This document shows, piece after piece, positions 1-12,800 of a stretch of 64,000 nt of DNA. Made by a program: the position numbers and the translations under genes. Below the pieces are notes generated by a model that saw only the letters and a program-made list of their open reading frames with translations, was not told where the DNA came from and searched no databases. Source of the stretch: a virus. The DNA lies in the IMG/VR virus record IMGVR_UViG_3300010158_000045, positions 1 to 64,000 of that record; one strand, written 5' to 3'. Position 1 is the stretch's first letter, and each line of letters starts with the position of its first letter.

Positions 1-1
1 A

Positions 2-481
2 TTTCAAGATGCATTAACTTGCCCCAATGATATTTTTGACCTCAACTTAAAAATTATGGGAGACCCGTATTATATTGCGCATAGTGGTTTAGGAAATTAT
101 ACTTCAGAAGCTACACAGTATGCAAATTTAAATGCTGACGGCACAATGAATTACGAAAACGGGGAAGTAGATATTATTGTTAATTTCAGGTCCCCGATAG
201 ATATTAATCAAACTACAGGGCTTTATAACTTTGGCCCTAACACTAAAACAGCACCAGTTAACAGATTTAGCGGAGCTTATTGTGTAACATCGGTGAGCAA
301 TGTATTTGATGAACGCGGTCAATTTACGCAAACAATACATGCTTTTCGACGTGCTGATCAAGAATCTGAACTAACAGCAACACCAGAAGAATTGGCAGGA
401 TCTGCCGCAATACCAGATCCAACAAATCCAAGCGGATCGATGGATTCTCCAGACGACTCTGCAGAAGAAAGCGGAACTTAA
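2..481 (+). CDS. C-terminal part of a probable baseplate hub (gp27-like) protein, truncated by the left edge
   Basis: Frame is open from position 2 (FQDALTCPND...KIMGDPYY). The G-x-Y-x-V-x-x-V-x-N-x-F...G-Q-F-T-Q-T-I end pattern is typical of gp27/gpD hubs. Lies directly upstream of the spike gene. Confidence 0.6.
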   Translation, partial: FQDALTCPNDIFDLNLKIMGDPYYIAHSGLGNYTSEATQYANLNADGTMNYENGEVDIIVNFRSPIDINQTTGLYNFGPNTKTAPVNRFSGAYCVTSVSNVFDERGQFTQTIHAFRRADQESELTATPEELAGSAAIPDPTNPSGSMDSPDDSAEESGT

Positions 482-2173
482 ATGTCAAATTATACAACAC
501 CTAATAGTACTCATTATTCTAGCTCAGAGTATCCGTCGACTCCGTCCGGCCCGTTTTTAGCCACGGTAGTTGGGCATCAAGACGGAAAATATATGGGACG
601 TCTTAAAGTATTAATAGAACGTCCGGGCTCTGGAAATAAAGATACCACCGGGCAAACTCGAACTGTTGATTACATGAGCCCGTTTATGGGTGTTACTAGT
701 TTTGATTTTACCACAGAAACCAACGACTACGACAATTCACAAAAAAGTTACGGCATGTGGATGATACCACCGGACGTGGGATCAACGGTTTTAGTAATGT
801 TTTTAGCCAACGATCCTAAAAGAGGATTTTGGATAGGCTGTGTACCTAAGGAAGATTCATTTGTAAATTTTATGACCCCAGGTCTTGCCGCAACTAAATT
901 TGCGTTCTTAGATGATGCAAGTCTTTCTGCAACAGAAGATAGTCAAGGCAGAGAATTACGAGTTCCAGTTTCAGAATATAACAAAAAAGTTCCTGAAAAT
1001 TCAGGAGCTCAACCGCCTACTACATTTAAAAAATCAGTTCATCCGTTAGCATTATATTTAGATGCTCAAGGATTATTGTTAGATGATGTGCGCGGCATCA
1101 CTACTAGCAGTGCTAGACGAGAAACACCTAGTAGCGTGTTTGGAATAAGCACCCCTGGCCCGGTGGATCAATTAGGAAAAACAGGTAGTCTTGGAACTGC
1201 AAATGCAAGTGTGCCAGACGCTCCTGTTAGTAGACTTGGTGGTAGTACTTTTGTTATGGACGACGGCCATAACAAATATCTCCGTAAGACTAGTGCCAGT
1301 AAAGGTCCTCCGGTATACGCCAGTGTAGAAGATGGTGAGACTGACGGCGATCCAACACTTTTACACAATGAACTAATTAGATTGCGCACAAGAACTGGTG
1401 CCCAAATATTATTTCACACTACTGAAGATTTAATTTATATCACAAATAGTAGAGGTACTAGCTGGATTGAAATGACCAGCGATGGCAAAATAGATGTGTA
1501 TGCGCAAGATAGTATTAGTGTGCATACAGACAATGACATGAATTTTTTTGCAGGCAGAGATATTAATTTAGAAGCTATTAGAAATATCAATATCAAAGCA
1601 GGCGGCAATCATCAACTAGAAGTTATAGGAAATAAAACTATCATCGTAACTGGTAATAGAACAATAAGTGTAAAAGGTACACACGACGAAACTATCATAG
1701 GTGCTACCAATTTATCAATACAAGGCGATTATAGCCAACTATTAAATGGAAATTTAGGGATTACAGTTGCCAAAGATACTAATATAAATGTCACTGGCGG
1801 AACTGCTATTACTAGTGCAAAAGATTTTAACGTTAAAACAACTGGCGGAAATAATCTAACTGCTGGCAAAGCCACAAACATCAAGAGCGGAGGCAATCAT
1901 GTGGAAACAGCCGCGCAAATTCATATGAACGGACCAGCTGCCACAGCCGCTACAGAAGCAACAAAAACTACTAAGGCTAAAATTCCTGTAGCTTTAGCTG
2001 TATATCCTAATCCAACTGAAACAGACGGAACAACAATTAACAGCATTATGTTAAGAGTGCCTACAACAGAACCATATCCGCATCATGAAAATTTAAATCC
2101 AGAATTATTTAAACGAGATAAAACAGATGCCAACGCCGCAAATAGTTCGGCACAATCACAAGTATCGGGGTAA
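482..2173 (+). CDS. Baseplate central spike, gp5/VgrG-like, with no evident lysozyme domain
   Basis: N-terminal OB-fold motifs (GRLKV, PPDVGSTVLVMF, FWIGC) and C-terminal beta-helix repeats (VTGNRTISVKGTHDETIIG...IHMNG). Confidence 0.8.
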   Translation: MSNYTTPNSTHYSSSEYPSTPSGPFLATVVGHQDGKYMGRLKVLIERPGSGNKDTTGQTRTVDYMSPFMGVTSFDFTTETNDYDNSQKSYGMWMIPPDVGSTVLVMFLANDPKRGFWIGCVPKEDSFVNFMTPGLAATKFAFLDDASLSATEDSQGRELRVPVSEYNKKVPENSGAQPPTTFKKSVHPLALYLDAQGLLLDDVRGITTSSARRETPSSVFGISTPGPVDQLGKTGSLGTANASVPDAPVSRLGGSTFVMDDGHNKYLRKTSASKGPPVYASVEDGETDGDPTLLHNELIRLRTRTGAQILFHTTEDLIYITNSRGTSWIEMTSDGKIDVYAQDSISVHTDNDMNFFAGRDINLEAIRNINIKAGGNHQLEVIGNKTIIVTGNRTISVKGTHDETIIGATNLSIQGDYSQLLNGNLGITVAKDTNINVTGGTAITSAKDFNVKTTGGNNLTAGKATNIKSGGNHVETAAQIHMNGPAATAATEATKTTKAKIPVALAVYPNPTETDGTTINSIMLRVPTTEPYPHHENLNPELFKRDKTDANAANSSAQSQVSG

Positions 2174-2176
2174 CAT

Positions 2177-2737
2177 ATGAGTATATTTTCTAGAATTAGT
2201 ACAGACTTAGGTGAAGTTAAAAAACTTGCAAGCATTGCACACCTTGGTAACGGCATTAGCATTGATGCTGCCAAATCTTTAATTTCAAAACAATTAGGTG
2301 CCGTAACATCTGGACTCACTGGCGCAATTACTACAGCAACAAAATTAGCAGGAACGGCAACAAAATTATTAGACACAGCTAGTAAAATTAGCGGAGCTAA
2401 TCTTCCCAGCCCAGTACCTTCAGCGCCAGTAGTTTTTAGTACTCCTCCTATAATTAAAATTGGGTGCAGTAAAACCCAGCTAGTAGTTGTAGCAAACAAC
2501 CAAGACTCTATATATTTTAGTTGGGAAATTATAGGGGCTACCAGTTTTTCAATTGTTGATTCGCGTCCTTATATAACATTGCTACAAACCAACCCAGGAC
2601 AATTTGGATTTGGCCCAATTACTCCTACATTAGGAGGATCAGATTTTAAAGGTGCTAGCTTTACTATCACTGCTTCTAACAGCCGTGGAACTACAGTTGA
2701 ATCAAGACAGTGGACACTTGTTCAACCGGCTACTTAA
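2177..2737 (+). CDS. Hypothetical virion-region protein: Ala/Thr-rich N-half, beta-rich Ig-like C-half
   Basis: 186-aa ORF abutting the spike gene; ends FTITASNSRGTTVES, a strand pattern seen in Ig-like domains. Confidence 0.5.
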   Translation: MSIFSRISTDLGEVKKLASIAHLGNGISIDAAKSLISKQLGAVTSGLTGAITTATKLAGTATKLLDTASKISGANLPSPVPSAPVVFSTPPIIKIGCSKTQLVVVANNQDSIYFSWEIIGATSFSIVDSRPYITLLQTNPGQFGFGPITPTLGGSDFKGASFTITASNSRGTTVESRQWTLVQPAT

Positions 2738-2749
2738 AAGAGAACTTAT

Positions 2750-2908
2750 ATGGCAGATACTCCTACGGAATTAACACCAAGCATAGAACCAGTTATAGGA
2801 ACAGCAATAGAAGTTCCAAAAGACTATTGGAAAGCCTACTCAACAAATAAAGATGTGTTTGATAGACCCCCGCCTCCTGCGGACTCAGAAGATCAAGCCA
2901 ATGCTTAA
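2750..2908 (+). CDS. Small hypothetical protein, 52 aa (not in the ORF track)
   Basis: Translated by hand: MADTPTELTPSIEPVIGTAIEVPKDYWKAYSTNKDVFDRPPPPADSEDQANA*. Fills the gap between 2737 and 2923. Confidence 0.55.
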   Translation: MADTPTELTPSIEPVIGTAIEVPKDYWKAYSTNKDVFDRPPPPADSEDQANA

Positions 2909-2922
2909 CATAAGGAATAATC

Positions 2923-3366
2923 ATGGCATCAAACAGTAATTTATACGATAAAATTGTTTTACCAGCAGTTAGACAACTCACAGATAGCCCTACAAAAATG
3001 TATAAAGGGTTTAGCACTATTAGTGGCAATACAGAAAACTATAATCTTTATGATTTTGATTTAATCAAACAAGACATATTAAATCATTTTCATGTCAGAC
3101 AAGGGGAAAGACTGATGAACCCGGCTTTCGGATGCGCCATTTGGGATATATTATTCGAGCCATTAACCGAGGCTGTGAAAGATATCGTGCTGAAAAATGT
3201 TAATACTATAGTTAATTATGATCCTAGAGTACAAGCAGAAAATGTTATAGTAACTTCTTATGATACTGGAATTCAGATTGAATTAACCTTGCTTTATGTG
3301 CCCTATAACCTACAACAAACGTTACAATTACAATTTGACCAGACCAACGGCTTAGTAGTGCGATAA
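2923..3366 (+). CDS. Baseplate wedge subunit, gp25-like
   Basis: IKQDILNHF..RQGERLMNPAFG...LFEP and DPRV motifs; TAAGGA ribosome-binding site. Confidence 0.85.
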   Translation: MASNSNLYDKIVLPAVRQLTDSPTKMYKGFSTISGNTENYNLYDFDLIKQDILNHFHVRQGERLMNPAFGCAIWDILFEPLTEAVKDIVLKNVNTIVNYDPRVQAENVIVTSYDTGIQIELTLLYVPYNLQQTLQLQFDQTNGLVVR

Positions 3367-3388
3367 ACTACGCACATATTCTTTACAA

Positions 3389-3400
3389 ATAAATACACTA
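3389..3400 (+). promoter_or_regulatory. T4-like late promoter motif ATAAATA(CACTA)
   Basis: ATAAATACACTA in the gap before the gp6-like gene; the same 12-mer is at 30644-30655. Confidence 0.6.
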
Positions 3401-3413
3401 CTAGGACAATTAA

Positions 3414-6400
3414 ATGAGCTCAACTGATAGACAAAATAATCTGCTAATTAATCAAGATTGGAAAAAAATATACCAGTCTTTTAAAAATGCTGATTTTCAA
3501 AGTTATGATTTTGAAAATTTACGCAGAACTATGATTACGTATTTGCGCACAAATTACCCAGAAGATTTTAATGACTATATTGAAAGCTCAGAATATTTGG
3601 CTTTAATAGATTTAGTAGCATTTGTTGGGCAAAGTGTTGCCTTCCGTGTGGACTTAAATGCCCGTGAAAATTTTCTAGAACTAGCGGAGCGCCGGGACAG
3701 TGTATTACGTTTAGCACGTTTAATTAGTTACAATGCTAAAAGAAATATACCTGCACAAGGGTTGTTGAAATTTACTACTATTCGTAGCACAGAAACTATT
3801 GTTGACAGCAACGGCAGAAATTTGTCAGGACAAGTAGTAACTTGGAATGACCCTGCAAATGCCAACTGGTATGATCAATTTATTAAAATAATAAATGCGG
3901 CCATGCCTTCAACACAACAATTTGGAAATCCATCTGCTAAAGATACAATTTACGGAATTCCAACAAGTCAGTATCGTTTCCAAACTACTAGTACTAATGT
4001 TCCTGTTTTCAGTTTTACTAAAACAGTAGCAGGGCGTTCAATGAACTTTGAAATCACCAGCACAACTTTTAGTGGTCAACAATACATTTATGAAGAAGCT
4101 CCTAAGTTAGGAAACAAACTTGCTTGCATTTATCGAGATGACGGCCAAGGCGCTGGCAGTAATAGCAACGGATTTTTCTTGAATTTTACACAGGGCACAT
4201 TGAACATTGGTGCATTTACAATTACACATCCTAGCAGTAATGAAAGTGTAGATATCAACACAACAAACATTAACAATAACGATGTTTGGTTATATAGATT
4301 AAATCAAAATGGCGCCGAGTCGGAATTATGGACCCCAGTGCCAACTATATCAGGTAATAACATTATCTATAATAGTTTAAATAAAAACATAAAAAACATT
4401 TATAATGTTATTACACGAGCAAGTGACACTATTAGCTTGGCATTTAGCGATGGTGTATTTGGAAATCTTCCATTAGGAGATTTTAGAACATACTATAGAG
4501 TTAGTAATGGATTATCTTATGTAGTAAACCCTGCTGATGTTCGTAATGTTACAATATCAGTTCCTTATACTAGCAGAAAAGGCCAAACTGAAACTCTATC
4601 TATCACGATGAATTTACAAACTAGTGTTTCAAATTCTGCTGTGTCTGAAACTAATGCTAGTATTAAAGCCAATGCACCGCAAACATATTATACACAAAAT
4701 AGAATGATAACTGCCGAGGATTATAATATTAGTCCTCTATCAGTTACCCAGCAAGTTGCCAAGGTAAAAAGTATTAATAGAACGTCTAGCGGTATTAGTA
4801 GATACTTTGATTTAAAAGACCCGACTGGAAAATATAGTTCGACAAATTTATATGCAAATGATGGAATTATATATCAAGATTTCTATTCTCAAATTACTAC
4901 GTTCCAGTACGCAACTAAAGTTGATATTGAAGGAATAATTTATAATACAATTTATGAGTTATTACAAACTATTGATTTAAGAAATTTTTATTACAATAAT
5001 TTTATTAATTTTTTAACTACTAGTCTTAATATTAGTTGGTACCAAGCTAGCTCTACAAGCTCTAGCAGTACTGGGTACATTGGAAATATTGTTGGGGCGA
5101 TCCCCTTTCCAGTGGGCGGATACACTGCAACGGATTTAAAATATTTAACGCCTGGCTCATTGATTAGGTTTGTAGCCCCAACTGGTTACTATTTTGATAA
5201 AACAAATTCAAACAAATTAGTTTTTGGATCAACCGGAGCATTAGGCAGTGCGGATTATCTGTGGGCAGAAGTAGTTAGCGTTACCGGTAACGGAGTTCCA
5301 ACTGTAGGCATTCCAGGCCCTATAATGTTGAATACAATCGTACCCGGCTCCGCAGTTATTTCACAAATTATTCCAAAATTTTCAACTACATTAAATTCTA
5401 CAGTTATTACTACAATGATAGATTTAATTTTTAGTAATAGACCATTTGGACTACGTTACGATGGTACTACGCAAAATTGGCAAATTATTTTTGAAACTAA
5501 TTTAAATCAATCATCTGCATTTACACTAGCAAAACAAGCAGATGCAACCAACACCAATCAAGATTCAAGCTGGATGTTATTGTTTACAACTGATAACGAA
5601 ACATATACAATTACTACTCGATTATTAAGATACATTTTTGAAAGCGATTCCGAACTATCATTTTATTTTGATGACGATTTAACTATCTACGATAACACTA
5701 CTAATTCAACAGTTAGAGATCAAATTAAAATTTTAAATATAAATCGACAACCTACAAAAGTTTATCCTTTTACTGAAGATTATGTATGGGATGTAACATC
5801 GGCTTATAGAGGCTTAGATGGCTATATTGATAATAAAAAAATTGTTTTATCATTTGCGGATACAGATTATAACGGTGTAGTAGATAATCCTCAGCTATTT
5901 TTAGACATAGTAGATCCAACTACTTCTCCAACAACCAAATATATTGTTCAACAAAAATATTTTATTTCTACAGGCCAAGAAGATTATCGATATGTTGCTA
6001 ATACTAATAATCTTATGATTGTTCTTAATTCAGAAAGTGAGCTGTTGTCTTACAACAACTATAAAGACGGCCAATATTTTTACTTTACTAGTACAGGTGT
6101 AGTAAAACAATTAAATATTGTAACAGGATCATTAATTCCAACATTAGATTACAAGGTCTTTGTTGGTAGAGATAATTTGAAATTTCAATACACCCATAGT
6201 GCAAACTATGAAAGTAGAATTGATCCAGGTGTAAGCAATATTATGGATGTTTACGTATTAACTAAGTCGTACGATACATCTTTTAGACAATGGGTAGACG
6301 GTGCTCCAATATCAGAACCATTACCACCTAGTTCAGATGAACTTAGTAATTTAATTGGCGCAACATTGGATGTTATTAAACCAATATCAGATGAAATCAT

Positions 6401-6857
6401 ATACCACCCTGTAAGTTATAGGGCATTGTTTGGAGTTTCTGCAAGTTCTGATTTACAAGCTAAATTTAAAGTTACGAAAAATATAAATTCAGTAGTGTCG
6501 GATAATGATATACAGTCTAGAATAATCACAGCAATTAATCAATTTTTTACATTGGATAATTGGAATTTTGGAGACACGTTTTATTTTACAGAGTTATCGA
6601 CTTATGTAATGAATCAGTTAGCACCGGACATAACAAACTTTATCATTGTGCCTACACAAAGCGGATCATATTTTGGTAGTTTATTTGAAATATCCTGTCC
6701 TAGCGACCAGATTTTTATTAGCACTGCAACAGTTGCTAATATAGAAATTATCACCGGCATTACTAGCGGAAATATTAAATCAGTTACCGGAACAGCTCTT
6801 AACTCTGTCTCCAATCAAACTATTACTAGCGCAACATACGGAAATCTAAATGGCTGA
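3414..6857 (+). CDS. Baseplate wedge subunit, gp6-like
   Basis: YDFENLR...DYIESSE...ARENFL..A..RDSV..LA..ISY N-terminus; F.DGVFG and QNRMITAEDY motifs of the gp6/baseplate-J family. Confidence 0.85.
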   Translation: MSSTDRQNNLLINQDWKKIYQSFKNADFQSYDFENLRRTMITYLRTNYPEDFNDYIESSEYLALIDLVAFVGQSVAFRVDLNARENFLELAERRDSVLRLARLISYNAKRNIPAQGLLKFTTIRSTETIVDSNGRNLSGQVVTWNDPANANWYDQFIKIINAAMPSTQQFGNPSAKDTIYGIPTSQYRFQTTSTNVPVFSFTKTVAGRSMNFEITSTTFSGQQYIYEEAPKLGNKLACIYRDDGQGAGSNSNGFFLNFTQGTLNIGAFTITHPSSNESVDINTTNINNNDVWLYRLNQNGAESELWTPVPTISGNNIIYNSLNKNIKNIYNVITRASDTISLAFSDGVFGNLPLGDFRTYYRVSNGLSYVVNPADVRNVTISVPYTSRKGQTETLSITMNLQTSVSNSAVSETNASIKANAPQTYYTQNRMITAEDYNISPLSVTQQVAKVKSINRTSSGISRYFDLKDPTGKYSSTNLYANDGIIYQDFYSQITTFQYATKVDIEGIIYNTIYELLQTIDLRNFYYNNFINFLTTSLNISWYQASSTSSSSTGYIGNIVGAIPFPVGGYTATDLKYLTPGSLIRFVAPTGYYFDKTNSNKLVFGSTGALGSADYLWAEVVSVTGNGVPTVGIPGPIMLNTIVPGSAVISQIIPKFSTTLNSTVITTMIDLIFSNRPFGLRYDGTTQNWQIIFETNLNQSSAFTLAKQADATNTNQDSSWMLLFTTDNETYTITTRLLRYIFESDSELSFYFDDDLTIYDNTTNSTVRDQIKILNINRQPTKVYPFTEDYVWDVTSAYRGLDGYIDNKKIVLSFADTDYNGVVDNPQLFLDIVDPTTSPTTKYIVQQKYFISTGQEDYRYVANTNNLMIVLNSESELLSYNNYKDGQYFYFTSTGVVKQLNIVTGSLIPTLDYKVFVGRDNLKFQYTHSANYESRIDPGVSNIMDVYVLTKSYDTSFRQWVDGAPISEPLPPSSDELSNLIGATLDVIKPISDEIIYHPVSYRALFGVSASSDLQAKFKVTKNINSVVSDNDIQSRIITAINQFFTLDNWNFGDTFYFTELSTYVMNQLAPDITNFIIVPTQSGSYFGSLFEISCPSDQIFISTATVANIEIITGITSGNIKSVTGTALNSVSNQTITSATYGNLNG

Positions 6858-9800
6858 TATTACTAATCCTTTTGGAGATAAAAAACCGCTGTCGGTTGAA
6901 CTTTTACCTAATTTTTATAAAACAGATCCTAATAAAAGATTTTTACAAGCAACTGTAGATCAGTTAATACAGCCTGGCGTTGTTAAAAAAATTAATGGAT
7001 TTATAGGAAGACAGGATTCTAAAGCTACGGTCGGTACTGATATTTTTCTCAACGCGGCTACTACAGACAGACAAAATTATCAATTAGAACCTGGGATCAC
7101 TGTTAACGATACATTAGGAAATAATTTATTTTTTAAAGACTATATTGATTACATAAATCAGTTATCAGTCCTAGGCGCAAACACATCCAATCACGCGAGA
7201 ATTAACAAAGAAGAATTCTACAGTTGGGATCCGCATATTGATTGGGATAAATTTGTTAATTTCCAAAATTATTATTGGTTGCCGTACGGCCCAGAAACTA
7301 TCAGGGTTTACGGACAGCAAGCAACTGCAATTAGTACATTCAATATTGATTTGCAAGTTGAAGGCTCTAATAATCAGTTAGTCTTTACTCCCGATGGCCT
7401 TGCACCCAATCCAGTGATTAAACTGTATAGGGGGCAGACTTATACATTTAATATTAACACTCCAAACAATCCTATTAGTATTAGATTAGCAAGATCGTTG
7501 CAATCTTTAGACAAGTATAATACTGGAGTTAGTCAGCAATCTGTTGATTCGGGCACTATAATTTTTAAAGTTCCTACAGATGCTCCTAATATTTTGTACT
7601 ATCAAAGCGATAGAGAATTAACGTTAGGTGGCGCATTTCAAATTTTATCTATTGATCAAGATAGTTATATTGATGTTGAATCGGAAATTTTAGGAAAAGC
7701 TACATATACACTTAGTAATGGAACCGCATTAAGTAACGGCATGAAAGTAACATTTGCTGGAAATGTGTCACCTGCTAAGTATGCTTCTGGAGAGTTTTAC
7801 GTCGAAGGTGTTGGCTCATCAATTGTATTGATAAACAAACAAGTTTTAGAAGTCAGTAGCGTTTATACAGTAGAACAAACTATACTATTTGATGCTACTC
7901 CTTTTGACAGCACGGCATTTAGTGATACAAGCGCCTTTGCACAATTAAAAGATTATATTACAATTAATCGTGCTAGCACGGATCATAATCCGTGGAGTCG
8001 ATACAATCGTTGGTTTCATAAAGATGTAATAGCTGCCAGCGCACATTTTAACGGGAATTATCCTGATACTGATCAACTGCAACGAGCAATTCGTCCTATT
8101 ATAGAATTTCAGGCTAATTTAAAATTATTTAATTTTGGCACATCAGCCGTAGCCGACATTGATTTAATAGATAACTTTACAACAGATGCATTTTCAATTA
8201 TAGAAGGTAGTAAGGGATATAATGTTGACAGCATAGCATTAAGTCAAGGCCAGAAAATATTGTTTACAGCGGACACTGACAAATTTGTAAAAAATAATAT
8301 CTATCAAGTTGAATTTGTTGATGTAAAACACCTAAACTCTGGTAGTCGTCAACTTCATTTAGTAAAAATAGCAGAACCCCAATTAAATCAAGTTGTGTTA
8401 GTGCGAGCTGGTACGACTAATCAAGGCTTAATGTATTGGTATAACGGCACGACTTGGATTAAAACTCAAACAAAAACTGCAATAAATCAAGCGCCGTTAT
8501 TTGACGTTGTAGATAGTAACGGAAAAAGTTTTAGTGATTTAACTGTTTATGAAGGATCTACATTTGCAGGAACAAAGATTTTTTCTTATAAAATTTCTTC
8601 AACTGGTACAGTTGATCCTTATTTAAAATTTCCATTAACTTATAAAAATATTGCAAATATTGGCGACATTGTTTTTAATTTCAATTTAATATTAGATTCA
8701 TTTATATACAAAGATGTAACAACAGTTATTAATAAAAATATTTCTACAGGATTTTTAAGTTATAAAACATACTCTGGTAATACAGAGTATGTTAACGGCT
8801 GGCAAAAATGTAGTAATACCGCGGTTCAAGCTGGAATAAGAATTTACAAAAATTCTAATATTACTAATAATTTCAATATAGATGTTTTTGATGACACTGA
8901 CAACTTGGATGATTTAGAAGTAAAAGTTTTTATCAACGGTATATTTTTAAATAGAAATTTTTATTCTATTATTGACGCCGGACAATATAAGCAAGTATTA
9001 TTAAAAACTTCTATTGGATTAACGGATGTTTTAACAATTAAAACATATTCAAATAAACCAATTAATTCTAACGGTCATTATGAAATTCCTATTAATTTAC
9101 AAAATAATCCGTTAAACGATGCCATAGAAAATTTTACTCTAGGCGAAGTTATTGATCATTTTAGTTCTATAGTAAGCAACATACCTTTGAAGGTGTTGTC
9201 ATCTGTTGCTGAAAATACAGTTTCAAATCAAAGTTTTGATCCCGATTACGTTAACGTCAGGGATTTAGGCAATATAACACAATACGGTACAAAATTTGTG
9301 CAACATAGTGCTCCCGCAAGTTTGAATTTGTATCATATTACGTCACAAGCAAATAATGCAATTAAATCAATTGAACAAAGCAGAGACGATTATATCAAAT
9401 TTAAAAAATTATTTGTGTCTGTTGCTGAAACTATTAGTAATAATAATATTCCTCGCAAACAAGTTGACGAGATTTTAAAAATTATCAACTCTGACAAGAT
9501 TAATTCTCAGCCATATTATTTTAGTGATATGTCTCCTTACGGTAGTAGCGTAAGCACAACAATTGAAGTTATTGATTACAGAATAAAAAATTATCCACTT
9601 AATAATATTTTTAATTTAGACACGCTATCTGAAAAGGCAGTGGGTGTATATGTAAACGATGTGCAATTAATTTACGGACAAGATTACACATTTAATTTGC
9701 AAGGTTTTGTGACTATAACATATTCATTAAGCAACGGCGATTCCGTGTCTATATACGAATACGACAGCACAGACGGATGCTTTATACCTGAAACTCCTAC

Positions 9801-12800
9801 CAAATTAGGAATTTTTCCAAAATTTGCTCCAAAGATTTATTTAGATACAACATTAATAACGCCACGTACGATGATACAAGGTCACGACGGCAGTCAGATT
9901 CTTGCATACAATGATTATCGAGATAATATTATTCTTGAACTGGAAAAACGAATTTTTAATAATATAAAAATAAGTTATGATGCTGATTTATTTGATATAG
10001 ATGATATTATTCCAAGTTATACTAGAAAAACTGATTATTCGTTAGCCGAATATAATCAAGTAATAGCTCCTAGTTTTTATAAATGGATGTCTTTGATAGA
10101 TCAAGATTACACAAAAAATACATCGTTCAGTCCTGCAAATCCTTTTACATATAATTATATAGGCACAGCATCGCCTACTGGTACAGACATACCCGGATAT
10201 TGGAGAGGAATATTTAGATATTTTTATAATACTGATCGTCCTAATTTATGTCCTTGGGAAATGCTAGGGTTTACTTTAGAACCAGAGTGGTGGACTACAG
10301 CATACGGACCAAGCCCTTATACCAGCGACAATTTAGTAATGTGGTCAGATATTTCTAAAGGATTAATTAAAGGCGATGGCACTTCTCCGCCGGTCATAAA
10401 TCCTAAACATATTAAATCATTTTTATTAAATCACATTCCAGTAGATGAATCTGGCAATTTAATTAGCCCGGCAGCCGCAGGCCTTGCTATCGGAGCTTTA
10501 ACTACCTCTATAGAAAATAATTTTAAATTTGGAGATATTGGCCCAGTTGAATCTGCATGGAGAAGAAGTAGTCATTATCCGTTTAGTGTATTATTAGCTA
10601 ACATGTTGTTGTTTCCAGCCCATGCTTTTTCTGTACTGTTAGATAGATCCAGAGTTGTTAAAAATATATCTAATCAAATAATTTATTCACCTACTGGGTT
10701 AGTAATTAAACCTAGCGATGTGATATTACCAAGCATTGCTTCTAATAGTGTTAGAGTACAAACTTCTGGTATTATAAATTATATTGTAAATTATATTTTA
10801 AGTGATAACCTTAAATCATATACTGCATACAAATACGATTTAACTAATATTCAGACTAATTTAAGTCATCGAATTGGCGGATTTACTAGCAAACAAAAAT
10901 TTAATTTAATATTAGACAGTAAAACACCGCTTAGTACAAATAGCGTATTTGTGCCGCAGGAAGACTATACTGTTATTTTAAATAAATCCAGTCCTATTAA
11001 AAAGATTTGTTACAGCGGTGTAGTAATAACTAAACTTGCTAACGGATTTGAAGTACGGGGGTATACTACTACCCAACCTTATTTTGTGTACTACCCATAT
11101 TTACAATCTGGGACAACAGTAACTATCGGCGGAATATCTGAAGCATATACAGTTTGGACTCCAAACGAAAACTATGTTGCAGGCAAAATTGTTCGATACG
11201 TTAATCAATACTATAGAGTTAAAACATCGCATGTGTCTACAGATACGATACAGACTCAGTATTTTGCATCATTAGGAAGTTTGCCAATCATTGGCGGAAA
11301 ATCTGCTGTCTTTAGAAAAACATGGGACCGATCAACTAAGATAACTGTTCCTTATGGAACACAATTTGAAACCATACAAGAAGTAGTAGATTTTTTATTA
11401 GGCTACGGCGAATATTTAAAAGATCAAGGATTCATCTTTGATGACTTTAATGCTAATTTACAAATTGTTACCAATTGGGAAACAAGTGCCAAAGAATTTT
11501 TATTTTGGACCACACAAAACTGGAGTTCTGGTCAGGATAAATGGGACGACTGGGTTCCTAGTAAAGGATTTGCATACAATGACATTGTTAGATACAATGG
11601 AGAATATTATAAAGCTATTCAAAATATACTACCTAACATTGTTTTTCAAATTGCCGGCTTTGCAAAACTTGACGGTTTAAATACACAAGGTAATTCTGTA
11701 TTAAGTTTAAGCCCAGCCGCCGATAAAATAATTTTTAACACTACGCTGAGTGTAGTCGATGACATTCGTAATCAATTTAATGGATACGAAATTTATAAAG
11801 TAGATGGCACGCCACTCGAAGCAATTTTTATAAACTCTTATAGATCTGATAACGCAGTAAGTTATAGTCCTAGGACAGGTGACGGTATATACGGCGCAAC
11901 GTTTTATCTAATACAGCACGAACATGTGGTGCTATTAAACAATAATACAATGTTCAATGATACATTGTATAACCCGCCTACTGGCTATAAACAAGATCGC
12001 ATCAAAGTTTCAGGCTATGTTAGCACTGACTGGTATGGCGGTTTTGATATTCCAGGATTTATTTTAGATTTAGCAAAAATAACAGAGTGGCAAACTTGGA
12101 CTGATTATGATCTAGGCGACATTGTTAAACACAAAGAATTTTATTATACCGCTAGTAAATTTTTAGCAGGATCTGCTAAATTTGTTGACAATGATTGGAT
12201 CAAATTAAACGAAAAACCATCGACACAATTATTACCAAACTGGACATATAAAGCTGGACAGTTTACAGATTTCTATAGTCTCGATAGTGAAAACTTTGAT
12301 AGCGGCCAACAACGAGTGGCACAACACCTTATTGGATATCAAAAACGACAATACTTAGATAATATTATTCAAGATGATGTTAGCGAATACAAATTCTATC
12401 AAGGAATGATTCGTGAAAAAGGTACTCAAAATGTACTTAATAAATTGTTTGACGTACTCAGCGCCGACAATAAAGAAAGTCTAACATTTTATGAAGAGTG
12501 GGCAATTCGTGTTGGTCAGTACGGAGCAAATAACGCATTTGAAAATATTGAATTTACGTTAGATCGAACAACGTTTACTAATAATCCTCAAGGCTTTGAG
12601 CTAGTAAATGCAGTTGAATATAATGTTGTTAAAGATTTTATTATTAGACAAACTCCTAATGACATATATTTAAAACCAGCAGGTTATAATTCATCACCGT
12701 GGCCTTTAAATAAAAATTATCAAAAGTTTTTAAATAATTCGGGCCATGTAAGAAAATCAGAAGTTTTTAAAAGTCTTAAAACTTTAGGAGACATAACAGG

